From: Nageia nagi
Lineage: Eukaryota; Plantae; Pinophyta
Length of the DNA: 64,000 bases
NCBI GenBank assembly: GCA_050084985.1
Contig: JBITNC010000001.1
Span: forward strand, 145,576,001-145,640,000
Reading direction: 5' to 3'
Positions within the stretch are counted from its first letter, which is position 1; each line of letters opens with the position of its first letter. Under the pieces are notes generated by a model that was not told the origin of the DNA, searched no databases, and was given only the letters and a program-made list of their open reading frames with translations. A program made the translations under genes and the position numbers. Positions 13,985 through 27,376 of the stretch are shown here, one piece after another.

Positions 13985-16504
13985 TGTTTTCATATTTCGC
14001 ACATTTTCCCATGTGGTTGTGGACTCAAAATATCTATCCATTGAACTAAACACTCATCTATCTTCCTATTTCTTAGGTTTTTGATTCTAAAAGCTAAAAG
14101 TTTAATTAGTAAGACTTCAATGGTTTAAGGGTTTGACATTTGCAAATCAAAAAAATCCCAAACATGAATAGGGTTAGGAATGTACTTCCTAAGTAAGGAT
14201 ACATGAAAGACATCATGAATATTTAACAAATTAGGTGGTAATGTGAGTTTATAGGCAATTGGATTATTTTTCTTTACAATTTCAAATGGTCCAATAAAAT
14301 ATGGATTAAATTTTATGGACTTAATTAAAAAAGAATTCATGTGGATTTATCTTCATATCGGTATAAATATTATGTATATAAAAAAAATTCCTTAAGCCTT
14401 TTTTGTATCAACTTGAGTTTCTCTTCCATTTTTCTCAATATTTTAAGTTGGATCATTACTCAATCCTTCTAATTTTACCATGATATATGAGTTCTACATA
14501 TTCTTTCATAAAATATTTGAATGAAACCATACCTAATGTTGAATGATATCCATTATTACAAGAATATTTGACTAAATGTAGGAAGTAATCCCACTTAGAC
14601 ATTTGGTCTATACAATACATTCTCAACATGTCTTCAAGACTTCTATTCACTTTCTATTTCTAAACATATGTCTCTAGATGATAAGTTGAACTCTTATTTA
14701 ATTTCATCCCTAAATCCTTATGTAAAGCTTTCCAAATGATTGATGTGAAACTAAAATCTCTATCTAAGATGATGGCCTCAGGGAATCCATGCAATTAAAA
14801 TATCTCTTTTATAAATTGTATTTGCCACTACTAAAGCATCATCAGTAGTATTCCTAGGTACAAAATGATATACTTTGAATAGATGATCCAAAACCATAAG
14901 AATATAATAATGATATATTACTTTTGGAAATATGATAATAAAGTCCATAAATATCACTTTCCATTTTTGAGTGTGAACATTGTGTGGAAATAAATAACCT
15001 CCAAGATATTAATATTTTTCCTTGACTTTTTGATATTCTAGAAATATTCTGATAAAATGTACAATTTCCTTTTTCATTCCATCCTAGAAAAACATTTTCT
15101 TTAGATCTTCCCTCATTTTTATCACTCTTGGATGTACTACATATGGTTATCTATGTGCTTATTGCATAATTGTATCTTGTGAGTCACCATTTTTTGGCAT
15201 AACCAATCCATATTTATAACATAACATACCATCCATTTCTATAAATTCAATTCAAGTTGAGTCAACAAATATTTTAGAATTTTATGATTTGTTTTTAACT
15301 TGAAAGATTTTCTTAATAGTTAGTACCTCCATATTTTCAAAGCATGAAGAACTAATGCTAACTCAAGATCATGAGTTGCATAATTCATTTCATGAATTTT
15401 TAGTTTTATTGATTCATAAGCTATAGGTTTACCATTTTAAGATAAAATATCACATATACCTTTAAGTGATGCATTCTCCATAAGGATAAAAAATTTCAAG
15501 AATTGGTGTTGTAATTAACTTTTCCTTTAGAATAAAAATAGCTTTATCATTTTTATATACTTTATTTTCATTCACAAACTTGTAATTGGGGTTGCAATAT
15601 TAGAAACACATTTTAAAAATCTCCTATAGTATCCAACTAATCCCATAAAATTTCTAACTTTAGTTATATTTTTTGTTGCATGCCAAATTAGGATTGCTTC
15701 AATTTTGTTTGAATATACATAATTACCTTTTGTAAAAATAATGTGATCCAATTAATATATCTTTATAGCATAAAAATTACATTTGGACAACTTACTATAC
15801 AACTTATTTTATCTTAAAATACTTAATGCCAATCTCAAATTTTGATCATGTTCTTCCTTATTCTTCGAATAGATCAATATGTCATTCAGAAACACTAAGA
15901 TAAAAGTATCAATATCTTCATGATACACACTATTCATGAGGTTCATAAAGAAAAATGGGGCATTAGTTATACCAAAAAGTAAAATAATAAATTCATAATT
16001 CCCATAGCATAGTTTGAAAACTATTTTATAAGTAAAAGAGGTATTAATCCTTAACTAATGATATCTTGATCTTAGGTCTATTTTCAAGAATATAAAGACA
16101 TCTTTCAATTGATCAAATAAATCATCGATCATAGGTAGAGGATACCTATTCTTGATAGTTACCTCATTCAACATTCGATCGCTGATATACATTATTATGT
16201 TTCCATGTTTCTTTTTGATGAATAATACTAGAGCATTCCAAGGTGAGATACTAAGTTTAATTAGATATTTATTCAAAAAAACTTGTAATTATACTTTCAA
16301 TCCTTACATTTTAATGATATTCATTCTATATGAAGATCAAGAAATAGGTTTAGCTCTTGGAACTATGTCAATTGAGAAATTAAGATTTCATTGAACTCTT
16401 CTAGTAAGGGATATTTATTCATTATCTCTTAATCTTTATTCTCCTTATGAAATTCTTTTACCTTAACTACATACATTACCTTCTTTCTTAAGATCCATTT
16501 TAAT
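13985..16504 (-). pseudogene. Gypsy pol remnant (RT, RNase H, integrase, chromodomain)
   Basis: RT '[13 protein letters not shown]...[22 protein letters not shown]...KIDLRSRYH'. Integrase 'NRSLEDMLRMYC'. GPF motif 'FIGPFEIV...AYKLTLP...IHDVFHVSLLRKY'. Chromodomain-like ECLVQW at ~14040-14057. Confidence 0.9.
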
Positions 16505-16509
16505 TGCAT

Positions 16510-19500
16510 TATCATGACCCACCTCAAGACATTGTTTAACCTCAAGCACATTGAGGATTTGAGTGGATTATATTTAAATAATGCTATGGTAATGATAAGT
16601 TTGATATGGGAATACATATCATTTATGATAATTTGATGCTAGATTTGAGATGTTTTGACATAAGTCACCTCGAGATGGAGAAGTGATCCAAAGACCTTAA
16701 GGACCAAATGTGAATTGGTGGTGGGAATGAAAGGGTAAGAGGAGGAAATAATTGGCATTAAATATCTAACACACATTATAAACATCATAAATCATGTAGA
16801 TGCATGTAGGAGAATTGCTATGATTGTCAATTTTTTGATAAAAATATGTTCACAAAAATATGTGGCTTAACCTTACTCTGTAGGATGAGGAGACTATCAC
16901 AGCTAAAGATGTGTTTTCCCTTGTTTGGTATTTTTAAAATCCAAATTTTAAAATGGAATGAAAAAAGGTATATACCTTATTTAAATCTAAAAATTTATAT
17001 AAGGTTAGAAACATAAATTTAATAGGGTAAAAATTGAATATGATTGTTTATATTATTACCACATAGTGCTAATAGTAAAAACACTATTAGATAGAGAGTA
17101 AGGTCTTCTTGTGGTATTACAAGATATTTAATGGGTAGTAAAATAATGGAGTAATGATCCTACTTAATTTTATTTTTTGTGTTAGTGTGGCTAACAGTTG
17201 GCACTAATTTATTAGTTAATAAAAAAAGCTCAAAGGTATTTAATACCATTTCAAACATTAACAACTTTAAGTAAACCTATCCTAAAAATTATTAATGGTG
17301 TGAGAAGACATCCATTTGGACACACTTGAACCCCTTTAGCTATAAATAAAAGAGTAGAGCATTAGAAAAATACCTATCTATCTATCTTTTATTTTTATTC
17401 TTGTTATTCTCAAGTTGGTGCAAAGTTACATGAAGAAATGAAGTCTCTCTTTCCTCTTCAACTCAAGGTGCATTTATTTTATTTTATTTTTTGCTTAATT
17501 AAGGTAGTCTTATTTTGAGATATTTAATATGATGTTTATCATAATGTTTGGTAAAGCTTCATAGAATTAATTATTGTTAGAAGTGTTGAACCATTTGAAG
17601 AGATAGTGGTTATTTTATTTAAAGGTTTTTACCATGTGTTTTTCTTTAAAAAGTAAAGAAATGGATTTTTTTTTATTCTCTTTTATTTAGATGTAGAGAT
17701 GGAAAATTTCACTTACAAATTGTATTATGTATTTTATGATACTTTAAGAAGACAAGTCAAATATTTCTCCTTATATATTTAGCTAGAGCTTAATGAATTA
17801 ATTTTGACATGAATTTATTTAAATTCTTAATATGATGTTTATCATAATGTTTGATAAAGTTTCATAAAATTAATTATTGTTAGAAGTGTTGTACCATTTG
17901 AAGAGACATAGTGGTTATTTTATTTAAAGGTTAGTACCATTTTTTTTTTTAAAAGTAAAAGAATGGGATTTTCTTTAATTATAGCCCCTTTATTTAGTTC
18001 TAGGGTTGGAAAATTTTACGTAAAAATTGTATTATGTATTTTATGATATTTTAATAAAACATATTTAGCTAGAGTTTAATGAATTTATTTTGACATGAAT
18101 TTTATTAAATTTCTAATATGATATTTATCATAATATTTGATAAAGTTTTATAGAATTAATTATTGTTAGAAGTGTTGTACCATTTGAAGCGATAGTGGTT
18201 ATTTTATTTAAAAATTTGTACCATGTATATTTCTTTAAAAAGTAAAGAAGTGGGATTTTCTTTTGTTATTCTTATTTTTATTTAGATATAAGAATGGAAA
18301 ATTTTACCTACAAATTGTATTATGATATTTTGAAGAGACTAGTAAAATATTTCTCCTTATGCCTTTAGATAGAGTTTAATGAATTTATTTTGACATGAAT
18401 TTTATTAAAATCTTAATATGATGTTTATCATATTAGTAAAAAATATTATCAAATTCATGTGAAAGTAGAAAAAGATGAATTAATAAAAATATGTTTGTTT
18501 GTTATTATCTAAGTTTGTCAATTAAACTAATTAGTATCTAATGAGGTGATACATTATGTTTAATATTTTTAATAAATAATTTAAAAACTTTTTAGAATCT
18601 TGTATTAAATGAACTATGGTTTTGAGATTATGATATTTATATAATATTTAGTAAAATAAATTCATATGGTACCAATTACATAAATTAATTACTAAGGTAT
18701 CCAAGACCTTATTATGAATATTTAATTATTTAAGATGGATTAATTATAAGGTAAATAAATAATGAATTAATGTACATTGACCAAGGAAAGGATATAATTT
18801 TTCCTAAGGTATATAGTTAAATTAATTTGCATAATGGTTAAGTTTTAAAAGGTTTATCTCGATCTTCCTCCCTCCTAGTACTCGATCCACCTACCAAGCT
18901 CCATGGGAATGTTCAATGCTCATTGCATGAAGATTGATGGAGATGTTTGACGGTTGATACAATGATCAAAAGCATATGATATGAACAAATTTGAATTATA
19001 AACTCATTAGATATGAAATAGTATGATTTGTCAAAAAGATCCCATTAGTGATTAAATTAGTTGTATTATATTTGAATTGCCTTTGTATAATGCATGATTT
19101 CTATTTGTAATAAATTATGGAAGTTTCAAAGTTTATGGAAGTAAATGTTATTCATACATTTCATAGATAGATTATATTAGGCATTAATTAATAATCTTGT
19201 ATATTATTTTTTATTTACATAATTTTTACAAAAATATTGGTATTGTGATTTAATAAACTTTTTTTTAATTCTGATTATAAATACTACAATTAGTATTAAT
19301 TATATGAATTACTAGGAGTAAGAATTACTATTTCTTTTATGAAAATGATTAATAGATATTAAAAATTGATGAAGTAAATGATTTTAAAAAAACTTATAAA
19401 GAAGTAGATTGATTAGGAAAAAAATCTTAGTTTAGAATTAAGGTTCCAAAAAATAATTTAGAAGAATTTGAGATATTTTAGGGACTCTTGGGATCAAATT

Positions 19501-20644
19501 GGGTACAAATGGGATCCAATGGGATTAAATGGGATTGCTTGGAATCTTTTGGGATGAATGGAAGCAAATAATAGATAACCTTCACCAAATCAACCTACCT
19601 CGCTAAATGATAAATAAATGGAATATTTTTTATGTGAGGAACCCTTAGTATCACATTACTTTTGTAGTAATAATGGCTAGATATTTCCTCATGACTTGCT
19701 ACTTTATGCATGTAAGAGAAATTTTAAAAAGTAGATCCATATACATAATACAATGCATATGGGACAAATATAATTAGGAGACTTTGTAGGCAAGCTTGTA
19801 ACTAAAAATTTCAATGTATAACTTATGGGAAAAGATGAATGATGTTAAACTCTAGATCTTATTTGTGTATGGTGTCTTGCACCCTATTCATTGTTTAAAA
19901 ATATTATTTTATGGTTATTAAGCCATGGATGGCTCTTTTGTCAACAAATTTAATAATAAATTAGATTAAACAACCACTCAAGGATATTTTTAATATCTAT
20001 GGCTCCCCAAGTTATGCGCATAGGGATGCTAGAACACATGGTGAGCCTATTCGTTAGTTATGGATAGGATAATGATTCATATCTTCTGATAGGTGACTTC
20101 AAGTGGGGTAAGCAATTGTAAAAACTATTATTATAAGATAGGGGTAACTAGTATTCATACCACTTGCAACTAGCTAATAGGGGTATGATGATTGTTCTAT
20201 AGGTGATGCTATTTGATCATATGGTAGTTTACCTAGGATGAACTATATGATCCTACAATATGGAGAGTTATCATTAGGTGGTGATGCTAACTTAGTGGAA
20301 GTGCAATTTATTGGGTGGTATGGGCCTTAAGTAGAAAACCACTATGTTTTGACTATAAAGCCTATTGCACATAGGACATGGAATAGGAATGGTGAGGTTA
20401 TTTTTGAAGCATCTTCTCAATAGGATGAGTGTTGAGGAGTGAACACCAAAAAAGTTTATCAAGATTGGTTACCCTATGTTCTTGACCAATCTTATGATGT
20501 GAGTGCTAAACTAGCTAGCAGCATTACCAAGCTCATATGGGATCACCTGGTTCATTCCTAGAATATCGAGTGTTAAACCAAATAAAAAAACATTAGGTAT
20601 TAATTTTAGCATTCTATTTGATAGAAATAAGTCATTACATTACA
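16510..20644 (+). repeat. 5' LTR (4135 bp)
   Basis: Colinear with 23238-27371 (about 84% identity over the first 140 bp, nearly all transitions). Starts TA (from TG) and ends TTACA. Confidence 0.95.
17526..18432 (+). repeat. ~300-bp tandem repeat x3 inside the 5' LTR
   Basis: The unit start AATATGATGTTTATCATAAT recurs at ~17527, 17829, 18115 and 18415. Confidence 0.9.
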
Positions 20645-20645
20645 T

Positions 20646-20657
20646 TAGTATCAGAGC
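20646..20657 (+). promoter_or_regulatory. tRNA-iMet primer-binding site
   Basis: TAGTATCAGAGC (TGGTATCAGAGC with one G>A change) 1 nt after the LTR end. Confidence 0.9.
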
Positions 20658-20771
20658 ATAAAGTTCAAACTCTTAAGCCTATAGTCCATGACTCTTTTGC
20701 TATAACAATTTAGGAAGTCTAAATTGAGTATGCATGAGCCTAATAACAATACCATTTGGTTGATTCAGATT

Positions 20772-23158
20772 ATGGAAATCCCAAGATGTAAATGACACTA
20801 TCAATGTTAGGGTAAACTAAAGAAATATTAGGGGTCAAAATGTAAATGTTAGAGGAAAAAATGCTAGAGGCAGAGTAATGAGGAATGCCAATTGGTAAGT
20901 TCCTGTAAATAATACTGATAGTTCTTCTAGCCTTTCCAATCAAAATAATGGAGGAAAAAAAGCCATCACGAGACTCCAAGAGCAGGTGTTAGAGCAACAA
21001 GAATTGATAAACAATCTATTGAATTAGAGAGTTGATCCTCCAAGATAAGAATATGATCCAATCCTTCTAACATAAGCAATATTAGGTGGAGTAAACAACT
21101 AGATTCAATAAAGGATTGAACAAGAACTTGCATCTGATTTGAAGAAAGCTTAAATACCCAAGTTTAATGTAAAGCATGAAGGTGAGCACATAGAGTTATA
21201 GTTAGATGATGAAAAAAACTACTTTTTAATGAAAAATCTATCGCTAGAAACTAAAACCATGTGGGATACCTATAACTTTCAAGATATTACTCTCGAATGG
21301 TGGAATGCCTACAAAGTTGAGCATGGAATTTAGTATTTGAAGTGGCTAGAATTTGTGAAATCATTTCAAAAGAGATTTATTCCTCAAGTCTATTTTGATA
21401 AGAAATATAAAGAATATTATGTACTTCAACAAGGTTTTATGATTATGCAAACCTATCATCATAAGTTCATCAAAGTTCTTAAGTATGTTCTAGATAATAA
21501 AAATCACTTGAAGGTTCATCAATTCCTTGTAGAGTTAGATTCCAAGATCAAGACTATGGTTAATGTCCTAAACCCTAAGACATTAGAACAAGCTTATGAT
21601 CTAGCTAAAAGAGCTAAAAGTAACTTGGGCATAACAAAAAACATCATGAATTTTGTGTTAAATGAAAAAGATAAGGAATCTTTACGAAGGAATAGAGGTG
21701 TTGAGCAATAAGGTCAACATAATGGTAATAAAAAGTTCAATCAAAATCATAAGGATGGAAATTTTTAGAGATTTGAGAAGAAACAACCTAGAAATAAGGC
21801 TTTCAAGAAGAAAGGTAATTATTCATTTGAAGAATTCACTAAAAATGATGGAATTTTGTATTTTAGAGATAGATTAGTCATCTTAGAAAAAGAAGATTTA
21901 AGAAATTTAATCTTGCATGAAGCCCATCGTGCTCCATATGTAGCACATCTAGGAGGTACAAAGTTGAGATAAGAATTGAAACAAAAATTCTACTAGGATG
22001 GAATGAAGAAGGATATAACAAAGTTTGTGGCAAGATGCTTGGAATATCAAAAAGTGAAATTAAAACATTAGCATCTAGATGGATATTTATATCCCTATGA
22101 TATTTTGACACAGTAATAGCAAGTGATTTCAATGGATTTTATAGTTGGTTATCTAAAAATTATATTTCATCATGATTCCATATTGGTTGTGGTTGATAAG
22201 TTAACCAAGTTTGCCCATTTTATACTTGGTAACACAATAGATGATGCCCCTATAGTATCCAATAAGTTTACACAAAATCTTTAGACTGCATGGATTTCTT
22301 GAAGTGATAATCTCAAATAGGGATTCTAAATTCACTTTCATATTTTGAAAATCATTACATAAGGAATTGGATACAAAGTTGAATATGAGATTAGTTTATC
22401 ATCTTGAGATACATGGGTAGATAGAATGTGTAAACAAAGTTCTCAAGGATATGCTTCGAATGTATTGCATGGAAGAAAAGACCAAATGGTAAGATTATCT
22501 TTATTTGGTTGACTTTTCATACAATAATGGTTATCATTCATATTTAGGAATGGATCCTTTTAAAGAATTGTATGCAAGGAGATGCAAAACTCCTTTGACT
22601 TGGGATAATCAGGATTGGATGATGATCCAATTGAAAATGTTAAAACAAATGGTGGAGCAGCTCAAGTCCATTTGATAAAAGTTGAATGAAGCTATTGATT
22701 AATAAAAGAGTTATGTCGATGTAAAGAGAACTCCTTGAAAATTTGTTATGGATGATAAAATCTTTTGATAAGTTTGACCCATGAAAAGTGCCATAAAGTC
22801 AACTATATTAGATCCTTGATTTGTTGGTCCCTTTCAAATTATAGAAAAGAAGAGTCCAATAGCCTACAAACTTTCTTTGCCACCAAGTTTGTCCAAAATG
22901 CATGATATCTTTCATGTCTCCTTGTTATAAAAATATGTTGATAATCCTTCACACATTTTGGAATTTTTTGAATTGTAGATGCTAGACCCTCATGCCATTG
23001 AAGTACTCCCTATCAATACCTTAGCTTTTAGGAATAAGAAGCTAAGAAATAGAAAAATTAATGAATGTCTATTCCAATGGGACAAATATTTTGAATCATA
23101 TTTCACATGGGAAGATAAAGACACTATGAAAAGATAATTTCCATATTTATTTGCTTAA
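20772..23158 (+). pseudogene. Gag fused in frame to integrase-chromodomain (no PR/RT/RH), with acquired stops
   Basis: Gag 'WLEFVKSFQKRFIP...PKTLEQAYDLAKRA' continues in one frame into 'EFTKNDGILYFRDRL...ILHEAHRAPYVAHLGGTK' (integrase Zn-binding). It is followed by 'ISMDFIVG', 'FVGPFQI' and the chromodomain 'ECLFQWDKYFESYFTWED'. The start codon is approximate. Confidence 0.88.
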
Positions 23159-23224
23159 ATAACTATATGAAATGTTTATAAGTTGTGTTTGTATGTAAGA
23201 ACACAAAGGACTGTGTTCCTTTTT

Positions 23225-23237
23225 AAGGGGAGATGTA
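23225..23237 (+). promoter_or_regulatory. Polypurine tract
   Basis: AAGGGGAGATGTA directly before the LTR start TGTCACG. Confidence 0.85.
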
Positions 23238-26200
23238 TGTCACGATCCACATTAAGATACTATTTAACCTTGAGTATCATTGAGGATTTGAATGAATTAT
23301 ATTTGAATAATGCTATGGTAATGACAAGTTTGATAAGGGAATATGTATCATTTGTGACAATTTAATGTTAGCTTGAGATCTTTTGACATAGGTCACTTCA
23401 AGATGGAGAAGTAATCCAAAGATCATAAGGACCAAAGATGAATTGGTGATGAGAATAAAAGAGTAAGAGGAAGAAATGATTAGCATTGAATCATTAATAC
23501 ACCCTATGACCATCATAAATCATGTAGATGCATGTAAGATAATTGCTATTATTATCAATTTTTTGATGAAAATATGTTTACAAAAATGCATGGATTAACT
23601 TTACTTTGTAGGATGAGGAGACCGTCGAAAGTAAAGATGTATTTTCTCTTTTTTGATATTTTTAAAATTCAAAATTTGAAATGGAGTAAAAAAGGGGATA
23701 TATCTTATTTAAATTTAAAAAATTTATATAAAGTTAGAGACATAAATTTAATAGGGCAAAAGTTGAATATGATTGTCTATATTATTGCCACATAGTAAAA
23801 ACACTATTAGAAAGAGATTAAGGTCTCCTTATAGTATTACAATATATTTAATGGGTAGAAAAATAATAAAGTAATGACCCTACTTAATTTTATTTTCTTA
23901 TGTTAGATGTGGCTAATAGTTGGCACTAATTTATCAGTTAATAAAAAAGCTCAAAAGTATTTAATACCATTTCAATCATCAATAATTTTAAGCAAACCTA
24001 TCCCAAAAATTATTAAAGGTGTGAAGAGACTTCTATTTGGACACATTTGAACCTCTTTAGCTATAAATAAAGGAGTAAAACATTAGAAAAATACCTACCT
24101 ATCTATATTTTATTTTTTATTCTTATTAATCTCAAGTTTGGTGCAAAGTTACATGAAGAAATGAAGTCTCTCTTTCCTCTTCAACTCAAGATGCATTCTT
24201 TTACATTTTTTTACCTAATTAAGGTAGTCCTATTTTGAAATATTTAATATGATGTTTATCATAATGTTTGGTAAAGCTTCATGGAATTAATTATTATTAG
24301 AAATGTTGAACCATTTGAAGAGACATAGTGGTTATTTTATTTAAAGGTTCTTACCATGTCTTTTTCATTAAAAAGTAAAGAAGTGGGATTTTTTTTTTTT
24401 TATTCTCTTTTATTTAGATGTAGGGATGAAAAATTTTACTTACAAATTGTATTATGTATTTTATGATATTTTAAGGAGACTAGTCAAATATTTCTCTTTA
24501 TATCTTTAGCTAGAGTTTAATGAATTAATTTTGATATGAATTTATTTAAATTCTGAATATGATGTTTATCATAATGTTTGATAAAGTTTCATAGAATTAA
24601 TTATAGTTAGAAGTGTTGTACCATTTGAAGAGACATAGTGGTTATTTTATTTAAAGGTTGGTATCATGTATTTTTCTTTAAAAAGCAAAGAAGTGAGATT
24701 TTGTTTTATTATATTCCCTTTATTTAGATGTAGGGGTGAAAAAATTTATGTACAAGTTGTATTATGTATTTTATGATATTTTAAGGAGACTAGTCAAATA
24801 TTTCTTCTTATATCATTAGCCAGAGTTTAATGAATTTATTTTGATATGAATTTTATTAAATTTCTAATATGATGTTTATCATAATATTTGATAAAGTTTT
24901 ATAGAATTAATTATTGTTAGAAGTGTTGTACCATTTGAAGAGACATAGTGGTTATTTTATTTAAAGGTTGGTACCATGTCTTTTTTAATAAAAAATAAAA
25001 GAGTGAGATTTTCTTTTGTTATTCTTCTTTTATTTAGATATAGGGGTGGAAAACTTTACATACTAATTGTATTATGATATTTTAAGGAGACTAGTAAAAC
25101 ATTTCTCTTTATAACCTCTAGATAGAGTTTAATGAATTTATTTTGACATGAATTTTATTAAAATCTTAATAAAATGTTTCTCATATTAGTAAAGAAATAT
25201 TATCAAATTCATATGAAAGTAGAGAAAGATGAATTAATCAGAATATGATTATTTGTTATTATCTAAGTTTTTCAATTAAACTAATTAGTATCTAATGAGG
25301 TGATAAATTATATTTAATATTTTTAATAAGTAATTCAAGAACTCTTTAGAATCTTGTATTAAATGAACTATGGTTTTGATATTATGATATTTGTATAATA
25401 TTTAGTAAAATAAATTCATATGGTACCAATTACATAAATTAGTTATTAAGGTATACAAGACCTTATTATGAATAATTTAATTATTTAAGTTGGATTAATT
25501 ATAGAGTAAATGAATAATAGATTAATGCACATTGACCAAGGAAAGGAGATAATTTTTCTTGAGGTCTATAGTTAAATTCATTTGCATAATAGTCAAGTTT
25601 GAAAAGGTTTATCCTAATCCTCCTTCCTCCTAGTACTTGATCCAACTACCAAGCTCCAAGGGGATGCTCGATGCTTGTTGCATAAAGATTGATGGACATG
25701 TTTAATGGTTGATACAATGATAAAAAGCATATGATATGAACAAATTTGAATTACAAACTCATTGGATATGAAATAGTATGATTTTTTAAAAAGATCCTAT
25801 TAGTGATTAAATTGGTTGTATTATATTTGAATTGCCTTTATATAATGTATGATTTCTACTTGTAATAAATTATGGAAGCTTTGAAGTTTATAGAAGTAAA
25901 TATATTTTATAGATGGATTATATTAGGTATTGATTAATGAATCTTGTAGATTGCTTTTTATTTATATAATTTTTATAAAAATATTGGTATTATAATTTAA
26001 TTAACTTTATTTTAATTATAATTATTAAATAGTACAATTAGTATTGATTATATGGATTACTAGGAGTAGGAATTACTATTTCTTTCATGAAAATGATTAC
26101 TAAGTATTACAAATTGATGAAGTAGATGATATTAACAAAACTTCTAAAGTAGATTGATTATAAAATACTCTTAATTTAAAATTAGGGTTCCAAAAGATAA

Positions 26201-27371
26201 TTTAGGAGCCTTTACGGATCAAATTGGGTACAAATGGGATCCAATGGGACTAAATGGTATCATTTGAGATCTTTTGGGATGAATATAAGAAAATGGTAGA
26301 GAACCTTCATGATATCAACCTACCTTGCTAAATAATAAATAATAGGAATATTTTTTATGTGAGGAAACCTTAGCATTGCATTACTTTTGTAGCAATAATG
26401 GTTAGATCTTTTCTCATGACTTGCTACTTTATGTATGTAAGAGAAATTTTTAAAACTAGACCCATATATGTGATATAATGTGTATAGGATAAATAAAATT
26501 ATGATACCTCCTAAGTAAGCCTATAGCCAAAACTTTCAATGTTCAACTTGTGGGCAAATATTAATGGTGTTAAACTCTAAGCCTTATTTGTGCATGGTGT
26601 CTTGCACCCTCTTCACAATTTGGAAACATTAGTTTATAGTTAGGAGGCCATGGGTGGTTCTTTTTGTCATTACATTTAATAATAAATTAGATAAAACAAC
26701 CACTCAAGGACATTATTTAGTATCCATGTCTCCCCAAGTTATGGGCATAGAGATGCTAAACCACATAATGAGCCTAGCTAATAGTTATGGGAAGGCTAGT
26801 AACTCATATCTTCCAATAAGTGGGTCAAGTGGGGATAGCAATCATAAAAACTACTATTACCAGGTGAGAGTAACTAGTAGTCATACCACTTGTAGTTAGT
26901 AGATAGGGGTATGATGATTATTCTATAGGCAATGCTACCTACTCACATGGAAGTTTACTTAGGACAAACTGTGTGCTCCTATGAGATGGAGAGTTATCAT
27001 TAGGTGGCAATACTAACTTAGTGGAAGTATGATCTCTTGGGTGGTATGGGCCCTAAGTAGAAAACCACTACATTGTGACCAAAAATCCTATTTCACATAA
27101 GACATGGAATAGGAATGGTGAGGTTACTTTTAAGGTTTCTTCTCAATAGAATGAATGTTGAGGAGTGAACATTGGAAAAGTTTATCAAGGTTGGTTACCC
27201 TAGGTTCTTGACCAATATTGCCATGTGAGTGTTGAACTAGCTAACAACATTACCAATCTCATGTGGGATCACTTAGTTCATTCCCAGAAAATTGATTGTT
27301 AAACCAAATATAAAAAAAAATTAGTCTAAATTTTAGGGTTTTGGTTGATGGAAATAAGTGGTTGTGTTACA
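23238..27371 (+). repeat. 3' LTR (4134 bp)
   Basis: TGTCAC...GTTACA termini, colinear with the 5' LTR, followed by the TSD. Confidence 0.95.
24246..25185 (+). repeat. ~310-bp tandem repeat x3 inside the 3' LTR
   Basis: Units start at ~24246, 24556, 24866 and 25167. Confidence 0.9.
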
Positions 27372-27376
27372 TGCAT

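Larger units (their letters stand above)
16510..27371 (+). mobile_element. Non-autonomous Ty3/gypsy chromovirus (gag + integrase/chromodomain only) with 4.1-kb LTRs, nested in a related element
   Basis: Perfect 5-bp TSD TGCAT (16505-16509 and 27372-27376). LTRs at 16510-20644 and 23238-27371. PBS TAGTATCAGAGC, PPT AAGGGGAGA. The internal region is only 2593 bp. Confidence 0.95.

Noticed and set aside
20646-20657. tRNA gene fragments at TGGTATCAGAGC-like sites
   Set aside because: They are primer-binding sites complementary to the tRNA-iMet 3' end, not tRNA genes.
17526-25185. Regular repeats as a CRISPR-like array
   Set aside because: These are ~300-bp contiguous tandem units without unique spacers, inside eukaryotic LTRs, with no cas genes.
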